From assembly GCF_963921235.1 (NCBI RefSeq), contig NC_086097.1:189102001-189166000 (forward strand): 64,000 nucleotides of DNA. Direction: 5' to 3'. Position numbers and translations under genes: made by a program. Shown one piece after another: positions 50,841 to 63,699 of this stretch. The notes under the pieces are model-generated. The model saw only the letters and a list, made by a program, of their open reading frames with translations, was not told where the DNA came from and made no database searches. Position 1 is the stretch's first letter; every line of letters starts with the position of its first letter. This DNA comes from Mobula hypostoma. Taxonomy: Eukaryota.

Positions 50841-51634
50841 TACTGTTGCCTGGCCTGCTGCGTTCCACCAGCATTTTGTGTGTGTTACATTATATCATCT
50901 CTTCACTCTCACCAAGCATCTCACATCTGAGACCTGAATTAAAATCAGCCTTGGGGCAGAACACCAAAGACAGGCTAAATATCTTAGATGATTTTCACCT
51001 TAATCTCCTTTTTATTGAATGTAGCCTGCTGAGGTTATTTTGGTACCAGAGGAACAGGAGTAAATTCGGTCTGAGTAATAAAATGGCTCAGCATGTTGCT
51101 GTATGTTTCCCTCCACAAATGGCTCACGAAGAAGATTGAATAATCTGGTGTGAATCACTTTTGTACAGTATTGTTTTTAGCAAGGTGTTGAAGAAGTTGG
51201 TGATATGTAGCATAATCAAAAAATACATAACCTTTGCCATGCAGAACAACTGTTTCCCTGACAGGATTCCAGTGGAACAGGAGCTGCATGTTGGCCTTCA
51301 CAAGAACATCCTTTCAGGTGTTGTTATGTTAGTTTCTGCCCATGTCAGACATGCCCAACAGCATGGATGTGAATCAGGATGATAACTCCTGTGCTTTGAA
51401 CCTTTTATCCAATGACTCTGAGTTCTCAGTTGTAGTTTCTGGGATAGCCTGGCCGCTTCTGAGGGACAGATCCTGAATCAGGTCAACATAGACAAAACAA
51501 ATTTTTCCTGAAACCACATACCTTCCTTCTTCAGCTGATGAAGCAATCCTCACTCATGTTGAACTGCTCTTCCAAGGTAGATTATGAGTAGCTAGGGCAA
51601 GAAATGTACTCTAGTTGGGGTTTCAAGTTCATCA

Positions 51635-52030
51635 CCAAGATTTGTTCTCACAAAGAGCAGGTCAGGCAGCATCCATGGAAGGAATTAGACAGATGGTGTT
51701 TTGGGTTTAGACCCTGCATCTGGACTGAAAGAACAAGAGAGAAAGCCAGTCTAAAAATGTGGAGGGAAGGGGTGGAGCAAGAGTTGGTAGGTGATGGGTA
51801 GATCCTGCTGAGGGGGAGTTGATAGGCAGATGGTGGGAAAGATGTCATAAGCAGGGAAGTATCAGGTGGAAGGGAAATGGGGATGAAGATGATGGAATTG
51901 GGTAGGAGATGATTAGGGACCATGGAATAAAGAGATGGAAGTGGGGAGGCTAACCAGTTGGAGGAGTGTGTGGGTTGATGGTCAAATGACAATGAAGGAG
52001 GGGAAGCATGTAGAGTGATAGGGTCAGGTG
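51635..52030 (-). mobile_element. Old PLE pLTR remnant
   Basis: AGCAGGTCAGGCAGCATC..TTTTGGGTTTAGACCCTGCATCTGGACTG, then a purine-rich tract. Confidence 0.55.
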
Positions 52031-52039
52031 TATCAAGTG

Positions 52040-52725
52040 GAGCGTGTAAATTCCAATGAGTACAATCCCAAAGCTGCCAAGCACTCCTCAAATGTTAACC
52101 CCCTCATTCCCGGAATCATCCTCATGAACCTCTGGACTCTCTCCAATGACAACAAATCCTTTCTGAGATATGGGACCCAAAGCTGTTGACAATATTCCAA
52201 GTGTAGCCTGACCAGTGTCTTATAAAGGCTCAGCATTATATCCTTTTTTTAATATTCTATTCCCCTTGGAATAAATGCCAACTTTGCATTTGCCTTTTTT
52301 ACCACAGACTCAACCTGTAAATTAACCTTCTGGGAGCCTTGCATGAGGACTTCTAAGTCCCCCTGTAACTCTGATGTTTGAATCTTCTCCCCATTTAGAT
52401 AATAGTCTGCACTATTGTTCCTTTTACCAAAATGCTTTATCATACATTTCCTAACACTGTATTCCATCTGCCACTTTTTTTGCCCATTCTTCCAATTTGT
52501 CTAAAGTCCCTCTGCAATCGCATTGCTTCCACATCACTACCTACCTCTCCACCTATGTTCGTTTCATCCACAAACTTTACCACAAAGCCATCAATTCCAT
52601 TATCCAAATCATTGACAAACAATGTGAAAAGTAGCGGTCCCAATACTGACCCTTGAGGAATACCACTAGTTACTGGCAGCCAACCAGAAAAGGCCCCCTT
52701 TATTCCCATTCGCTGCCTCCTGGAT
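52040..52725 (-). mobile_element. CR1 RT fragment, same subfamily as 12523-15060
   Basis: [25 protein letters not shown]. Confidence 0.88.
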
Positions 52726-55169
52726 CACTTCCAAAGATCAAAAGGTTGTTTCTGAGCAAGGTAAACACCCAACCAATATTCTTTGTCCAGCTTCTTCTCT
52801 TCAATTCTTATTGTAAAAGGGAAGCAATAATCAGTGTGGTTAAAAGGATAGCTTTGCAAACAACTGCACCATCTATTGAACACAGGATGCTGGCTGACAG
52901 CACCTGGTCTGTTTTCTCAAGAGTTGCAGTGTAAGACAATGCGTTTTTTTATTGGGCTAATTTCAAACTGGACAATGTGGCAAAGTTATTTAGTTCAAGA
53001 AAACTTGCTGACCAGATTCACACCAGATTATCACATCGAGTAAATGATTTGTCAATAGTTATAAAGTTTGTATGATTCAGAGCACTAATTGTCAGAACCT
53101 GAGAATTCCGTCTCCAGAAGCCTTTCAGACTGTTTGTGTAAAAGAAAGTATCTGAAACAATATCAAAAACATGCAAAGTCATCCAAGTAGCAGGAAAAAA
53201 ACAGTATAAATGTAGAAAATATTCAGGCTAATTAGGAACGGTCATGGAACATCAAGAAGAAAAACAACAAGGAATCCATTCCTCTGCCTTCGATTTCTGC
53301 AATGGACAATTTATTTGTTTATCTGCAAGTCGTTGGTATGTCTTTTTAGATTATAAGAATTGTATTTGTGTTTTGGAATCTTTCGTATTTTAGAAATCAT
53401 TTGAAATTTTGTAATCTCTTTTAAGATATAAAGTCTCTGAGTTTTCATATGCTTTAAGAATTTTGTCTGGATTAAAACGTGCATCACTAAAAATAAATGA
53501 ACTGTGTTTAAACTACTTTGTTAGCTGGGTGTACCTCCTTCTTGGTAGGGAAGGGCTACCCACTGTTCAAATAGTGGGTATTGGCAGCTAATCTCACTGT
53601 AAAGGGAAAAAATGGGAAAGTAAAGTAGCTTTTGAAGAATAGGTGACTACAGTATAAACTCACTTCAGTGAGGTGCCCATAGCTATCTATATCGGATAGT
53701 GCTTAAGGTCTTCATGTGAGTTTAGAACTTGGCAGTCAACAAACCTAATACCACCATAGTAGTTCATATATCTATAAGTTTCCATCTTAAATACCTTCAA
53801 TACTCTATAACTGTCTATGGTAGATAATTTTGAAGAATGAAATTGCTCGTCATCTCTTTATTCTGAAACAATGTACTTGGTTTAGGTACCTTCAGTAGGG
53901 CAAATGTCCTCTCTGCACACTCTCAATCAATACCTTCCAGAATTTAAAATATATTTCAAATAGATTAACTTTCATTTGTCTAAACCAACGGACACAGGCT
54001 CAACTTGTTCAGCTTTTCTTCAAACATCAGCCCCAAGAATCACAGGAATCAACCAAGTGAATTTTTTCCACGCTGCCTCCAATGAGAGTCTACACAGTGA
54101 CCAAGCTCATCAGTTCCCTGTGAGGTTGTGTTAAAAATTCCCTACTCTTGCTGTCCGTACACTTGCAATAAAAAACATTTCATTTGCCTTCCTAATTGCA
54201 TGCTGGATCAGCATGTCGACCCTATGCATGTCATGCACCAGGATGTCCAGATCCCATTACGTCACAAAATTCAAGTTAGTCAAACTGAACTTGAAAGCAT
54301 TGATGCTGGACAAATTCACTCCAAGATACTCACTTGCAATGATATTTAATAATAGAACCTGACCGCAAATTTTCCAGAAAATACAGTCGATAACAGAACA
54401 GGGAAAGACTGTCCCACTCCTGATTCTTTTTTAAAATAGTTTATCATCTTTGACTTTGCAATCACCTTGTACAAGCCACTGACAGGTATTTACTTTCAGG
54501 TTCATGTGGTCAGAAAACATCTGTTGATGCTTCTCTCTTGCCTAGGAGAGCAGGAGAGGTTGCTTTGGTTAGAGCTTCAAATTCCCTAGCACTGTCCAAT
54601 TAAGTTGTATATGTGAGACATATTTATGCTTACAACTGTCGTCTAAGGCTCACTGAAAATAAAAACCAGTAAATTTAACTATCATTGAATACGGGTTAAT
54701 CTGTATTTGTTTCTGTTTTTAAATCTCTAAATGCTAAATCTTAAGTCATGTTGAGCACCTCTGAGATCTGTAGGTCCAATTCTCAAGCATATCAGTTTGG
54801 ATTGCCTGGGTTTTAAATTTTCAGTGAAGATGAAGCTGACCATTGTAGATATATACTTCTGGTTAGGGCAAGTTACCTGACCATATATAGGGTGAGAGCT
54901 TGCAACAGATTATAGTCATTAACATACTTACTTGGAATAGAACTACTTATTTTTGAGATGGTAGAAAATTGATGCTATAATGTGAGCAAAAGGCAAACAG
55001 ATGACGAGTATTTGGAAAATTGTTGTAAGAGAGTAGGATTAAAATTTTTTGACAATTACAAGAGAAGACTGAATTAAGCTGAGGACAGACCATAGGGTAG
55101 CATCCTATTTCCTCATTTCAGAGGCTGAAACACTACAAATTATGTTGATGCTTCAGTGCCATATTAAGT

Positions 55170-55643
55170 CTATAAAAGGGGAGTTTTCATCATATGATAT
55201 ATATTGTGTTCAGACAGATGTCCAAGCAGACCCACCACTCCTGTTGCTATGGAACTACTGAGTGATGCTACTACATAGTAATATCTGGTGTCATCCACAG
55301 AGATTTCTCGCAGCACAAATTGGGCCTCGGCTTGTACGAAACAAGTAATGCCTTTTTGCTCCCAAACCTCTGGCACTTTCAAAGCAATTGTGTTGGCTGA
55401 AATGTTGATTAACTGTGAAATCATCCAGAGGTCACCAATGTAGGTTTAGGTAAATAAAACGGCAGAGACATTTCAAATTTAAGGGAAACCCTAACAATTC
55501 CTTTATTGTCAACCAAACACCAAACGTAAAGCGCATAAAAAAAACTTAGCATCATTACATCATCATGTCAGACCAGCCTGTTAAAGTGAACCCTATCTCA
55601 ATGCCAGTGGTTGTGAATTATGCATATGTTTCCACCCACTACA
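55170..55643 (-). mobile_element. Gypsy remnant: 5' LTR (55439-55643), PBS and gag N-terminus; same family as 17215-20582
   Basis: LTR aligns with 20387-20582; TGGTGACC PBS; LKVPEVWEQ..FVQAEAQFVLREISVDDTRYYYVVASL. Confidence 0.85.
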
Positions 55644-55649
55644 TTACCC

Positions 55650-56420
55650 TACGGTAGAAAGGATGTCAAGACTTTGGAGAGCATGCAGAAGAGGTTTGCC
55701 AGGATGGTGCCTGGATTAGAGGGCATGTGCTACAATGAGAAGTTGGACAAACTTGGGTTGTTTTATACCACTGAATGTCCAATAGTGTTTAGAAAGCTTC
55801 CTGGAAGTAAATATTTGAATCCTGTTGTTCCATGTGCTTTGCTACTAAACTGATCTCTCTCCACATCAATACAATAAAAGCAAGGATGTAATACTGAAGC
55901 TTTAAAAGGCATCGGTCAGACCATACTTGAAGTATTGTGAGGAGTTTTGGGCTCCTTATCTGAGAAAAGATGTGCTGGCATTGGAGAGGAAGTTCTCGAG
56001 AATTATGCTGGGAATGAAAGGGCTCTGGGCCTGTAATTTAGAAGTACGGCGGGGGATCTTATTGAAACCTGTCGAACGTTGAAAGGCCTAAACAAAGTGA
56101 GTATGGAGTGAATGTTTCCTATAACAGGGACATCTAGGGCCAGAGGGCACAGCCTCAGAATACAAGAACGCCCTTTCAAACAGAGGTGACGAGGAATTTC
56201 CTTCAGTCAGAGGATCTGTGTAATTCATTGCCACAACTGTGGAGGCCAAGCCATTGGGTATATTTAAATCAGAGGGTGAGTAATTTCATGATTATTAAGA
56301 GAATCAAAGGTTACAGGGAGAAGGCAGGAGACTCCAGAGGGATATTAAATCAGCCCTAGTAAAGTAGATTCGATGGACCAAATGGCCTGATTCTGTTCCT
56401 ATGCCTTATGGTCTTATGGT
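55650..56420 (+). mobile_element. Two CR1 3' fragments (about 55650-55765 and 55865-56420)
   Basis: YGRKDVKTLESMQKRF; 3' UTR with CTTATGGTCTTATGG tail. Confidence 0.75.
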
Positions 56421-56619
56421 CAATATTACTTTTGTAGTGCCTCCAGCTATGTCATTGAATAACGGATGAAAAGTTCATTTTAATTTGAAAAACTGAATGT
56501 GATAAGAGAACAATTACTGTATGTTTTGCAACCTGTTTTTCAAATTGAGCGGTGATTTCAAGTAATCATGCTAGGACTGAAATAAACTTTAGAACAATAC
56601 AATGAAGTGATAAATGAAA

Positions 56620-57006
56620 ATCACAAAAACTGCAGATGCTGGCAATCTAAATCAGAAAATACCAAACAAGCTCAGCAAGTGAGGAAACATCTGTGGTAAA
56701 ATAAGCAGACATCATTTTGGGTCTGTGAACCTTTTTCAGAAAGAGAAAATTGTAAACTAAACATATGTTACCCTGTTACAACTGTGCAGAGAGACAGCTA
56801 AAGTATTTGATGGTCATCTGTGTCAAACGAGAACAACATTGCTGTGAAGGTGTCATTATCAGTACAAATATTATATACACAAGAAATTCTACAGATGCTG
56901 GAAATCTAAAGCCACATGCACAAAAATGTTGGAGGAGCTCAGAAGGTCAGACAGATCTATGGAAATGAACAAACAGTTGACATTTTGGGACGAGACCCTT
57001 CATCAG
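56620..57006 (-). mobile_element. Two decayed PLE pLTR tips
   Basis: CAGATGCTGG at about 56633 and 56891; GTTGACATTTTGGGACGAGACCCTTCATCAG (degenerate hammerhead) at 56976-57006. Confidence 0.6.
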
Positions 57007-57039
57007 TATCCAACTTCAAGATCACAAAACAAATCTTGT

Positions 57040-57372
57040 TTCGTAGCCTCATGTGTGGCTCCTTGTCAAAGGTGTTCTGGAAATCCAAGTACACAACATT
57101 TCCTTTGTCTAATCTGCTTGTTATTTCTTCAAAGAATACCAACAGATTCGTCAAGCAAGATTTTCGCTTAAGGAAACCGTGCTGACTTTGACCTATTTTT
57201 TCATGTGCCTCCAAGTACCCCGAAATCACATCTTTTACAATCAACTCCAACGTCTTCCCAACAACCGATGACAGGCTAACTGGTCTATAATTCCCTTTAT
57301 TCTGCCTCTCTCCTTGCCTGATAAGTGGAGTGACGTTTGCAATTTTCCAGTCCTCCAAAACCATGCCAGACC
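57040..57372 (-). mobile_element. CR1 RT fragment
   Basis: DWKIANVTP..NYRPVSLSS..QHGF..CLTNL..DFQNTFDK. Confidence 0.85.
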
Positions 57373-57945
57373 TAATGTCCTTAAACACTCCCACCAGGTT
57401 GGCACAGGTTTTTACTTCCCTACCAGATACATTTTCAGGACCTGATATCTTGCAAGGTTTCACGTCTTGAAAGATGTTCTGATGTTGGACTCCAAGACAG
57501 AGATCACAGGGTATCTAGATGCTTCATGGATTTGCACACCTGTGGTTTTATTCTCCCTTTCAAACCATGCATAAAAGACATTGAGCTCATCTGAGAGCAA
57601 AGCATCACAGCCATTCATGATGTTAGGTTTTGCTTTGTGGGAAGTGATGGCCTGCAAACCCTGCCAGAGCTGATGCACATCCAATTCCATCTCTAACTTC
57701 AATTGGAATTGTTTATTCACTGTTAAAATAGCTTCTGTAGGTCATACCTGGACTTCTCATGTAGTTCTGGATCATCAGTCTTGAATGCCACAGATCTACT
57801 CCTTAGCAGACTACAAAGCTCCAGTTTTATCTATTGCTTTTGGATGGGGTATGTCTGATATGTTCTTGGAGGCACACGTTCATCCACTCGGGTCTGATGA
57901 AGTCGGTCACAACTATGGCATATTCATTCAGACTCGAAGGTGAAA
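57373..57945 (-). mobile_element. Rex1-like LINE internal fragment
   Basis: LWQGLQAIT..LSDELNVFYAWFE (57460-57720). Confidence 0.7.
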
Positions 57946-58250
57946 TCCTCATGGGGTTATGGGGAGAAAGCAGGAGAATTGGGCTAAGAAGGATAATAAA
58001 TCAGCCATAATTGAATGAAAGAGCAGATTTGATGGACTGAATTCATAATCCTCCTCCCATGGTCTTTTGGTCTAAATTGATTGATCTCAGAGGGTAGTGA
58101 AGCTTTGGAATTCTATAACAAGAGGGTTGTGAAGGCTTGGATGCTGGATGTATTGAAGACTTGGGCTGATCATGTTTTAGATGAAGGATATGTAGTTAGT
58201 GCAGGGAACTGGCGCTGAAGTAAAACGCCAGTCATGTCAGCTCATTTTTC
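57945..58250 (+). mobile_element. CR1 3' UTR fragments
   Basis: GGTTATGGGGAGAAAGCAGGAGA..AAATCAGCCAT..GATGGACTGAAT. Confidence 0.55.
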
Positions 58251-59085
58251 ATTGTAGAATCGGTGTCTAGTCTGGACCTTAAATTTCATTCATTGTTTGA
58301 ATTATTTAGTCCTAGTCATCAATTTTCACAGGAAGTAGTTTTAATGGAGATTACTGAACTTTGATAACTTCACAGCAGTGGCGGTGGACACATGAAAATT
58401 CTGTGCAGAGAAAGCAAATACAGGTAAGTAAATTGCATCCTTGGATTAGTATTCTCTATTAATAACTCCTTTTTCAGATTATTTAGGTTGTGCTTAATTT
58501 CAAATATTTCTTTAAAAAATCATATGTGGAGTCTTGTGGACAACTGGGATAATAAAATTGCTCATTTTAAAGTTGCAATGACCTTTACATTATAACTTCT
58601 TGAATTGAATATAATTCTTAGAGGGGTACAAATACAAAATTGTATATGAGCCACATTTGTTTCAGATATTGTGATTAGCTATGTGCTTTTCCCTAGACCT
58701 GCACTCTCCTGTGCTTTTGACTAGTTCCATATTTAGAGGATAGTTCACCAGTCCAAAGACAATAGACAGCATTTCTCTGGAGATTTTCCTGCTCACTGCT
58801 CTAACTTCACTGACAAATTCACAGCAGCAGAGCAGCTGCAACTCCAGGGAGGTGCCTGCCTTATTTGACAGGCAAAGTTAGACAATCCTTTCCACACATG
58901 AGCTGAAACTAAAGTAAATATTTAATGTAAAAGAGAAGTAACATAATGGGAAAGTCAACTAAACTCAACCTTAAACTCCGGGCTTCAGCTACTTTATCCT
59001 GGGGCACAATTAAAGTTCATGTTGACGAATCCTGAAGAGGGAAAGCACAAGCCATACACTTTTCTCTTGTGATTTTACTTAAATA

Positions 59086-59407
59086 AAGTAAGTAAAGTAG
59101 AGGCATCCGTTAGTCTTGCGAGACCATGGATCTGCGCCTGGAAAGTCTTCACTCTCCAGGGCGCAGGCCTGGGCAAGGTTGTATGGAAGACCAGCAGTTG
59201 CCCATGCTGCAAATCTCCCCTCTCCACGACACCAATGTTGTCCAAGGGAAGGGCATTAGGACCCATACAGCTTGGCACCAGTGTCTTTGCAGAGCAATGT
59301 GTGATTAAGTGCTTTGCTCAAGGACACAACACATTCCCTTGGCTGCGGCTTGAACTCACGACCTTCAGGTAGCTAGTCCAATGTCTTAACCACTTGGCCA
59401 CGTGCCC
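59086..59407 (-). mobile_element. Full-length tRNA-derived SINE with CORE-like segment
   Basis: Minus strand: GTGGCCAAGTGGTTAAG (A box), GAGTTCAAGCC (B box), GTGTCCTTGAGCAAAGCACTTAA, short (TACT)n-like tail. ACTTAAATA duplicated at 59077-59085 and 59408-59416. Confidence 0.85.
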
Positions 59408-59632
59408 ACTTAAATACTGGCAAGACAAACGTACTGGCAAAGAAAATGAGATACAATGATAGAAAGTTTACGTTTGCACCAAGGATTTATCATTGTTTTT
59501 AGTGGTTGTCTTTCCTTAATGCAATTCTGTCCTATGCCTACATGCACCATTAAAGACAGGACAAATTGCATGGTGTAGTTTACTGTGACCATTTCAGACC
59601 AGGGCCTACTGCAGCATGATTCAGTAGTGTCA

Positions 59633-60045
59633 AAGTTCAAAGTTCAAAGTACACATGCTGTATGTCTCCATATACAACCCTGAAATTCAATTTCTTGCAG
59701 GCATATACAATAAATCCAAGAAATGCAATAGCATCAATCAAAGACTGTACCAAACAGGATGGACAAACAACCAATGTGCAAAAGAAAGCAAACTGTGCAA
59801 ATACAAAACAGAAAATAAACAAATAAACAAGAAATAAATATCGAAACATGACATGAGGAGTCCTTGAAAGTGAGTCCATAAGTTGTAGGAAGGTCAGTGA
59901 TGGGCGAGTGAAATTGAGTGTAGGTATCCACTCTGGTTCAAGAGCCTGATGGCTGAGGGGTAATAACTGTTCCCAAACCAGGTGGTGTGGATCCTGCACC
60001 TTCTTCCTGATGGAAGCAATGAGAAGAGATTGGGGCCTGGGTGGT
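59633..60045 (-). mobile_element. Rex1/L2-like LINE 3' fragment, (AACTTTG)n tail family
   Basis: AAGTTCAAAGTTCAAAG tail; 3' UTR colinear with 23400-23738. Confidence 0.75.
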
Positions 60046-60357
60046 AGTCCACCTTCTTTCGTATAGTCTGTAGTACTTGGGTGATAGATGGTGAGTGTGT
60101 TACTAGTTCTGAACGATCGGTAAGGAGACACTACCAACTGTCAGGAGCTCACTCGGTTTCTGGAATCCATGGACTGGAGCACTTGTATGCCCAGACATCA
60201 GAATTTTAGTAAGGAGTGGAATTAGGGCTTGACTGATAAGGGGGTTGGATCTCTAGGAGGTCTTGGGGCTAGTGAGCCAAGAAAAGCTATTTTAACTAAA
60301 CTAAAGGGCCCTAACTAAGTCTGGCTCACAGAACTGCGAGCTCCTTAGAGAAATCCG

Positions 60358-60727
60358 TACAGAAGGAGGATGAAAGGAGACATGATAGAGGTGTACAAGA
60401 TAATAAGAGGAATAGATAGAGTGGATAGCCAGTGCCTCTTCCCCAGGGCTCAATGCAAGAGGACATGGCTTTAAGGTAAGGGGTGGGAAGTTCAAGGGGG
60501 ATATTAGAGGAAGGTTTTTTACTCAGAGAGTGGTTGGTGTGTGGAATGCACTGCCTGAGTCAGTGGTGGAGGCAGATATGCTCATGAAGTTTAAGAGACT
60601 ACTAGACAGGTATATTGAGGAATTTAAGGTGGGGGCTTATATGGGAGGCAGGGTTTGAGTGTCGGCACAACATTGTGGGCCGAAGGGCCTGTACTGTGCT
60701 GTACTATTCTATGTTCTATGTTCTATG
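60358..60727 (+). mobile_element. Young CR1 3' fragment, same subfamily as copy D
   Basis: Closely matches the reverse complement of 3530-3910; (ATGTTCT)n tail. Confidence 0.9.
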
Positions 60728-63474
60728 TAACTCACATTAGTGCAGAGGTAAGAGTCCTATTGAAATATGCTTACTTTAGAAATCACAAATGTCAGGCTCT
60801 TCCCAAAAGAATGAAAGCTAGATTTCTGTGCAATGCTTGGAAATGAGATAATTCTGTATGCAAGCTTTGAAGAAGTGACATCATTGGCTCAAGTTAATTA
60901 ACAACTGGAATTGTCCAGTCAGATATCCACAGAGCCATAATTCAGCCAATGAAATGAATGCAATCAAATTCTGCTGCAGTAGTAAATAGTTTTTAGAATA
61001 ATACCACTGGAAAAAAAGTGCAATGTGCTTGAATTTCTAGGGCTATGTCCCTTTCAGATTTTGAAGCTGGATGGAAGCTCCACAGCAAGAAAAACTATGC
61101 AATTAGTGGGAACAATACTACAGTGCACACTTTGGATGGAAGGAGATAAGGATCTACACAAAAAGAACAAAAGCTCCACACCCAAGATACCAGGAATACC
61201 ACACTGCCCACAAATTTCTGCAGAAAAAAATCAGGAAACAAACATATATTCTATGAAAATTCAAATGGAGGTAAATAAGGAATTGGAAAAGCAAAATGTA
61301 TCTTGGTTCATACAAATAGGGGAAACTGTATAAGAACAAAAGGATTTTAAACTTGAAAATCTATTAAACTATTGTGTATAATTCTTGGAAGTATATCATT
61401 CAGATGGCACTAAACCTATATAGATTGTGCAGAATAAATCAGCAATGTGCAGCTAGATAGAACAGATTGTGCATACGAGGAGAAATTTGAACTACAGGAT
61501 AGATTGCACTAGATCAGAGAAGATTAAATTGAGCTTTAATAGGTCTTTAAAATTCTAAAATATTTGAAAGCGAAAGGCATTTCCTTCAGTTGAAGTGATA
61601 ATAATAAATATTTGGCAATTTAACATTGTTGCTGAGAGAGAGATAAGAGTATTTTATCATAAACGGTTTGCCTTTGGGCTTGGTGTAGAGATGACTGATT
61701 GCTTACAAGGAAAGTGAAGATCTATTTAGAACCATGAGATATATCTTTGGTAGGAATATGCATTGTGGGATTGAACTTAAAACATCGGCAAAAAAAACTG
61801 GTCTCATCCTACGGGTGAAAACTGCTTCAATTGAAATATAAATCGAGTGATAGTGAATTAGCAGCCTATTTTATATACTCTAGTTCTTTCCTCTATTTTA
61901 TTGAGATGTGAGCTATGGAAAATCTAACAAAGTCTATTTTGAATTAAAAAGCACATTATTTGTAATTGAAGAGAACTGGTGAAAATCACACAATTTAATT
62001 TCTGATCCCTTTACTTGGGGGACAATGAGAAATTGTCTCACAATTGTCTGTTACTCCCTCTTCAGTTCACAACAGGTTTCACTCTACACTGCAATAAGGG
62101 AACTACAATCAAAAATGAATGCCTACTAAAAAGCTTAACTCTTAAAAATCCATGGCTTTTTAATTTAAAATGTACTAGATCTGAGGGTCACATCTGTTAT
62201 CTTAATATATAGGTTCCTTGGTACAAAAATAATTTGATTTATTAAAAAGCAAGTTATCAATAAAGTCATTTACACACATACTCATTACCACTCACCTGCT
62301 ATTCACCAGGAAATAAGACATCAAATTGCATTCGACGTCCAAATCATCCCATTCAATGACTTGCAATTACCTACATTGAATGTGTCAAAGGTTGTGACTC
62401 TGCACCCACCGGAATCTCACTGAACTTGAACAGTGGCCAAGAAGTGAGAAAGTTGCTGCCCAGCAATGCTTCAATTCTGAATCTATGATCTGCTGATTTT
62501 TGTTATGAACAGAAATACCACGGAGCTGATTGTCTTGTACAAAGGATGGCAAGAAAGGTGCAGTTTGAAGAGTAGCACAGGTCTGCAAATACTGGCAGTG
62601 CCATACCTGTTATGGCTATAAGATCTCATCCACGTCTAACATGTGCATTCAGCAGGAATGAGCACTTGCTCAGCAAGTGTGATGGTGGAGGGGAAAACTG
62701 AAAAGCATTCATGCATTTTCCATTTTGTAAGTGATTGCAGTGATTGTTGACTACATTGTCTAGATGCATTAGTCATTCTCCTGAACAAGAAACTTCAGAA
62801 CCTCCACAGGGCAGGCTTTTCCAAATCAGACTAGCCCAGTACCATTTATTGGAGAGATTATGTTTCCTTCTCATTGAGTTTTCCTATTTATTGGAGATCT
62901 GGACCAAATAGATTAGTATTTTTGAAAACATTATTGCTAGCATGACAGCCAGTTGCCTGAAGCAGATGAAAGGAGACTCCTGCCGAATTAGAGATAAGCA
63001 AAACTGCAAGACTCACGGATTTCCTACTGTCAAAAGTGGGTGATGGAAGACCATAATGATCTAGGACATTTCAGACATGGACATGATAGACTTTAGGACA
63101 GCAAAGATACAGACATTTTTTAAGCTGGCCTGTTTTTTTCTGGCTTTGCTGACTGGTCTTTAACCTCTTTAAGGTATCCTGTTCTTCCAAAATTGTATAG
63201 CGAGGCCTTGGCTGTCAAAATTCCATAAACAGCATTTATGGAGCATGTAAGACATCAAAGAACTTAACGTAAAACCAAGATGACAGCAGGTGAGCATGAG
63301 CAGGGATACAAGACTTAGGTTTCTGAAAAACAGTTTTAACTGCACAACCCAGGCCAGCACAAAGTGGGAGAAATCAGCTGTCAATGAACTTTCACACCTG
63401 CCAGAATTTCCATATCTAGAAATCTTAGTTGGATCCCATTTTCATTCTGAGCAGTTAGAGGTCACCAGGTAAAT

Positions 63475-63697
63475 GATAAGACCATAAGACATAGGAGTAG
63501 AATTAGGCCATCTGGCCCATTGAGTCTGCTCCGTCATTCAATCATGGATGACCCTTTTTTTCTATATCCTCCTCAACCCCAGTTTCTGGCCCTCTCCCCG
63601 TAAACTTTGATGCCAGGTCCAATCAAGAACATAGCTGCACAGTGGCAAAAAATTCCGCAAATTTGCCACCCTTTGGCTAAAGAAATTTCTCCACATC
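63475..63697 (-). mobile_element. CR1 3' UTR fragment
   Basis: ATAAGACCATAAGACATAGGAG..TTAGGCCAT..GGCCCAT. Confidence 0.75.
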
Positions 63698-63699
63698 AC

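Larger units (their letters stand above)
50047..50887 (+). mobile_element. PLE remnant with inverted pLTR arrangement (50047-50317 minus; 50317-50887 plus)
   Basis: GIY-YIG C-terminus (RLEEQHLIFHLGSLEPDGMNID) followed by pLTR; the left arm is the reverse complement of the pLTR 3' half. Confidence 0.9.

Noticed and set aside
58332..58423. Exon-like segment (TTTTCACAG|..CAG|GTAAGT)
   Set aside because: Stops in all three frames from the stronger acceptor. A 48-bp alternative (58376-58423) is open but unrecognisable and has no supported partner exon.
59340..59407. tRNA gene (also 40627 and 20700-20772)
   Set aside because: A and B boxes are present but they are heads of SINEs that continue into core and tail sequence.
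60060..60355. Unassigned segment between two LINE fragments
   Set aside because: No recognisable motif, ORF or repeat; nothing supports a call.
62385..62588. 67-aa minus-strand ORF in unique DNA
   Set aside because: Short, non-ATG start, no recognisable domain; consistent with chance.
63174..63288. Plus-strand exon-like segment (TTTAAG|..CAG|GTGAGC)
   Set aside because: Stops in all three frames and no homology recognised.
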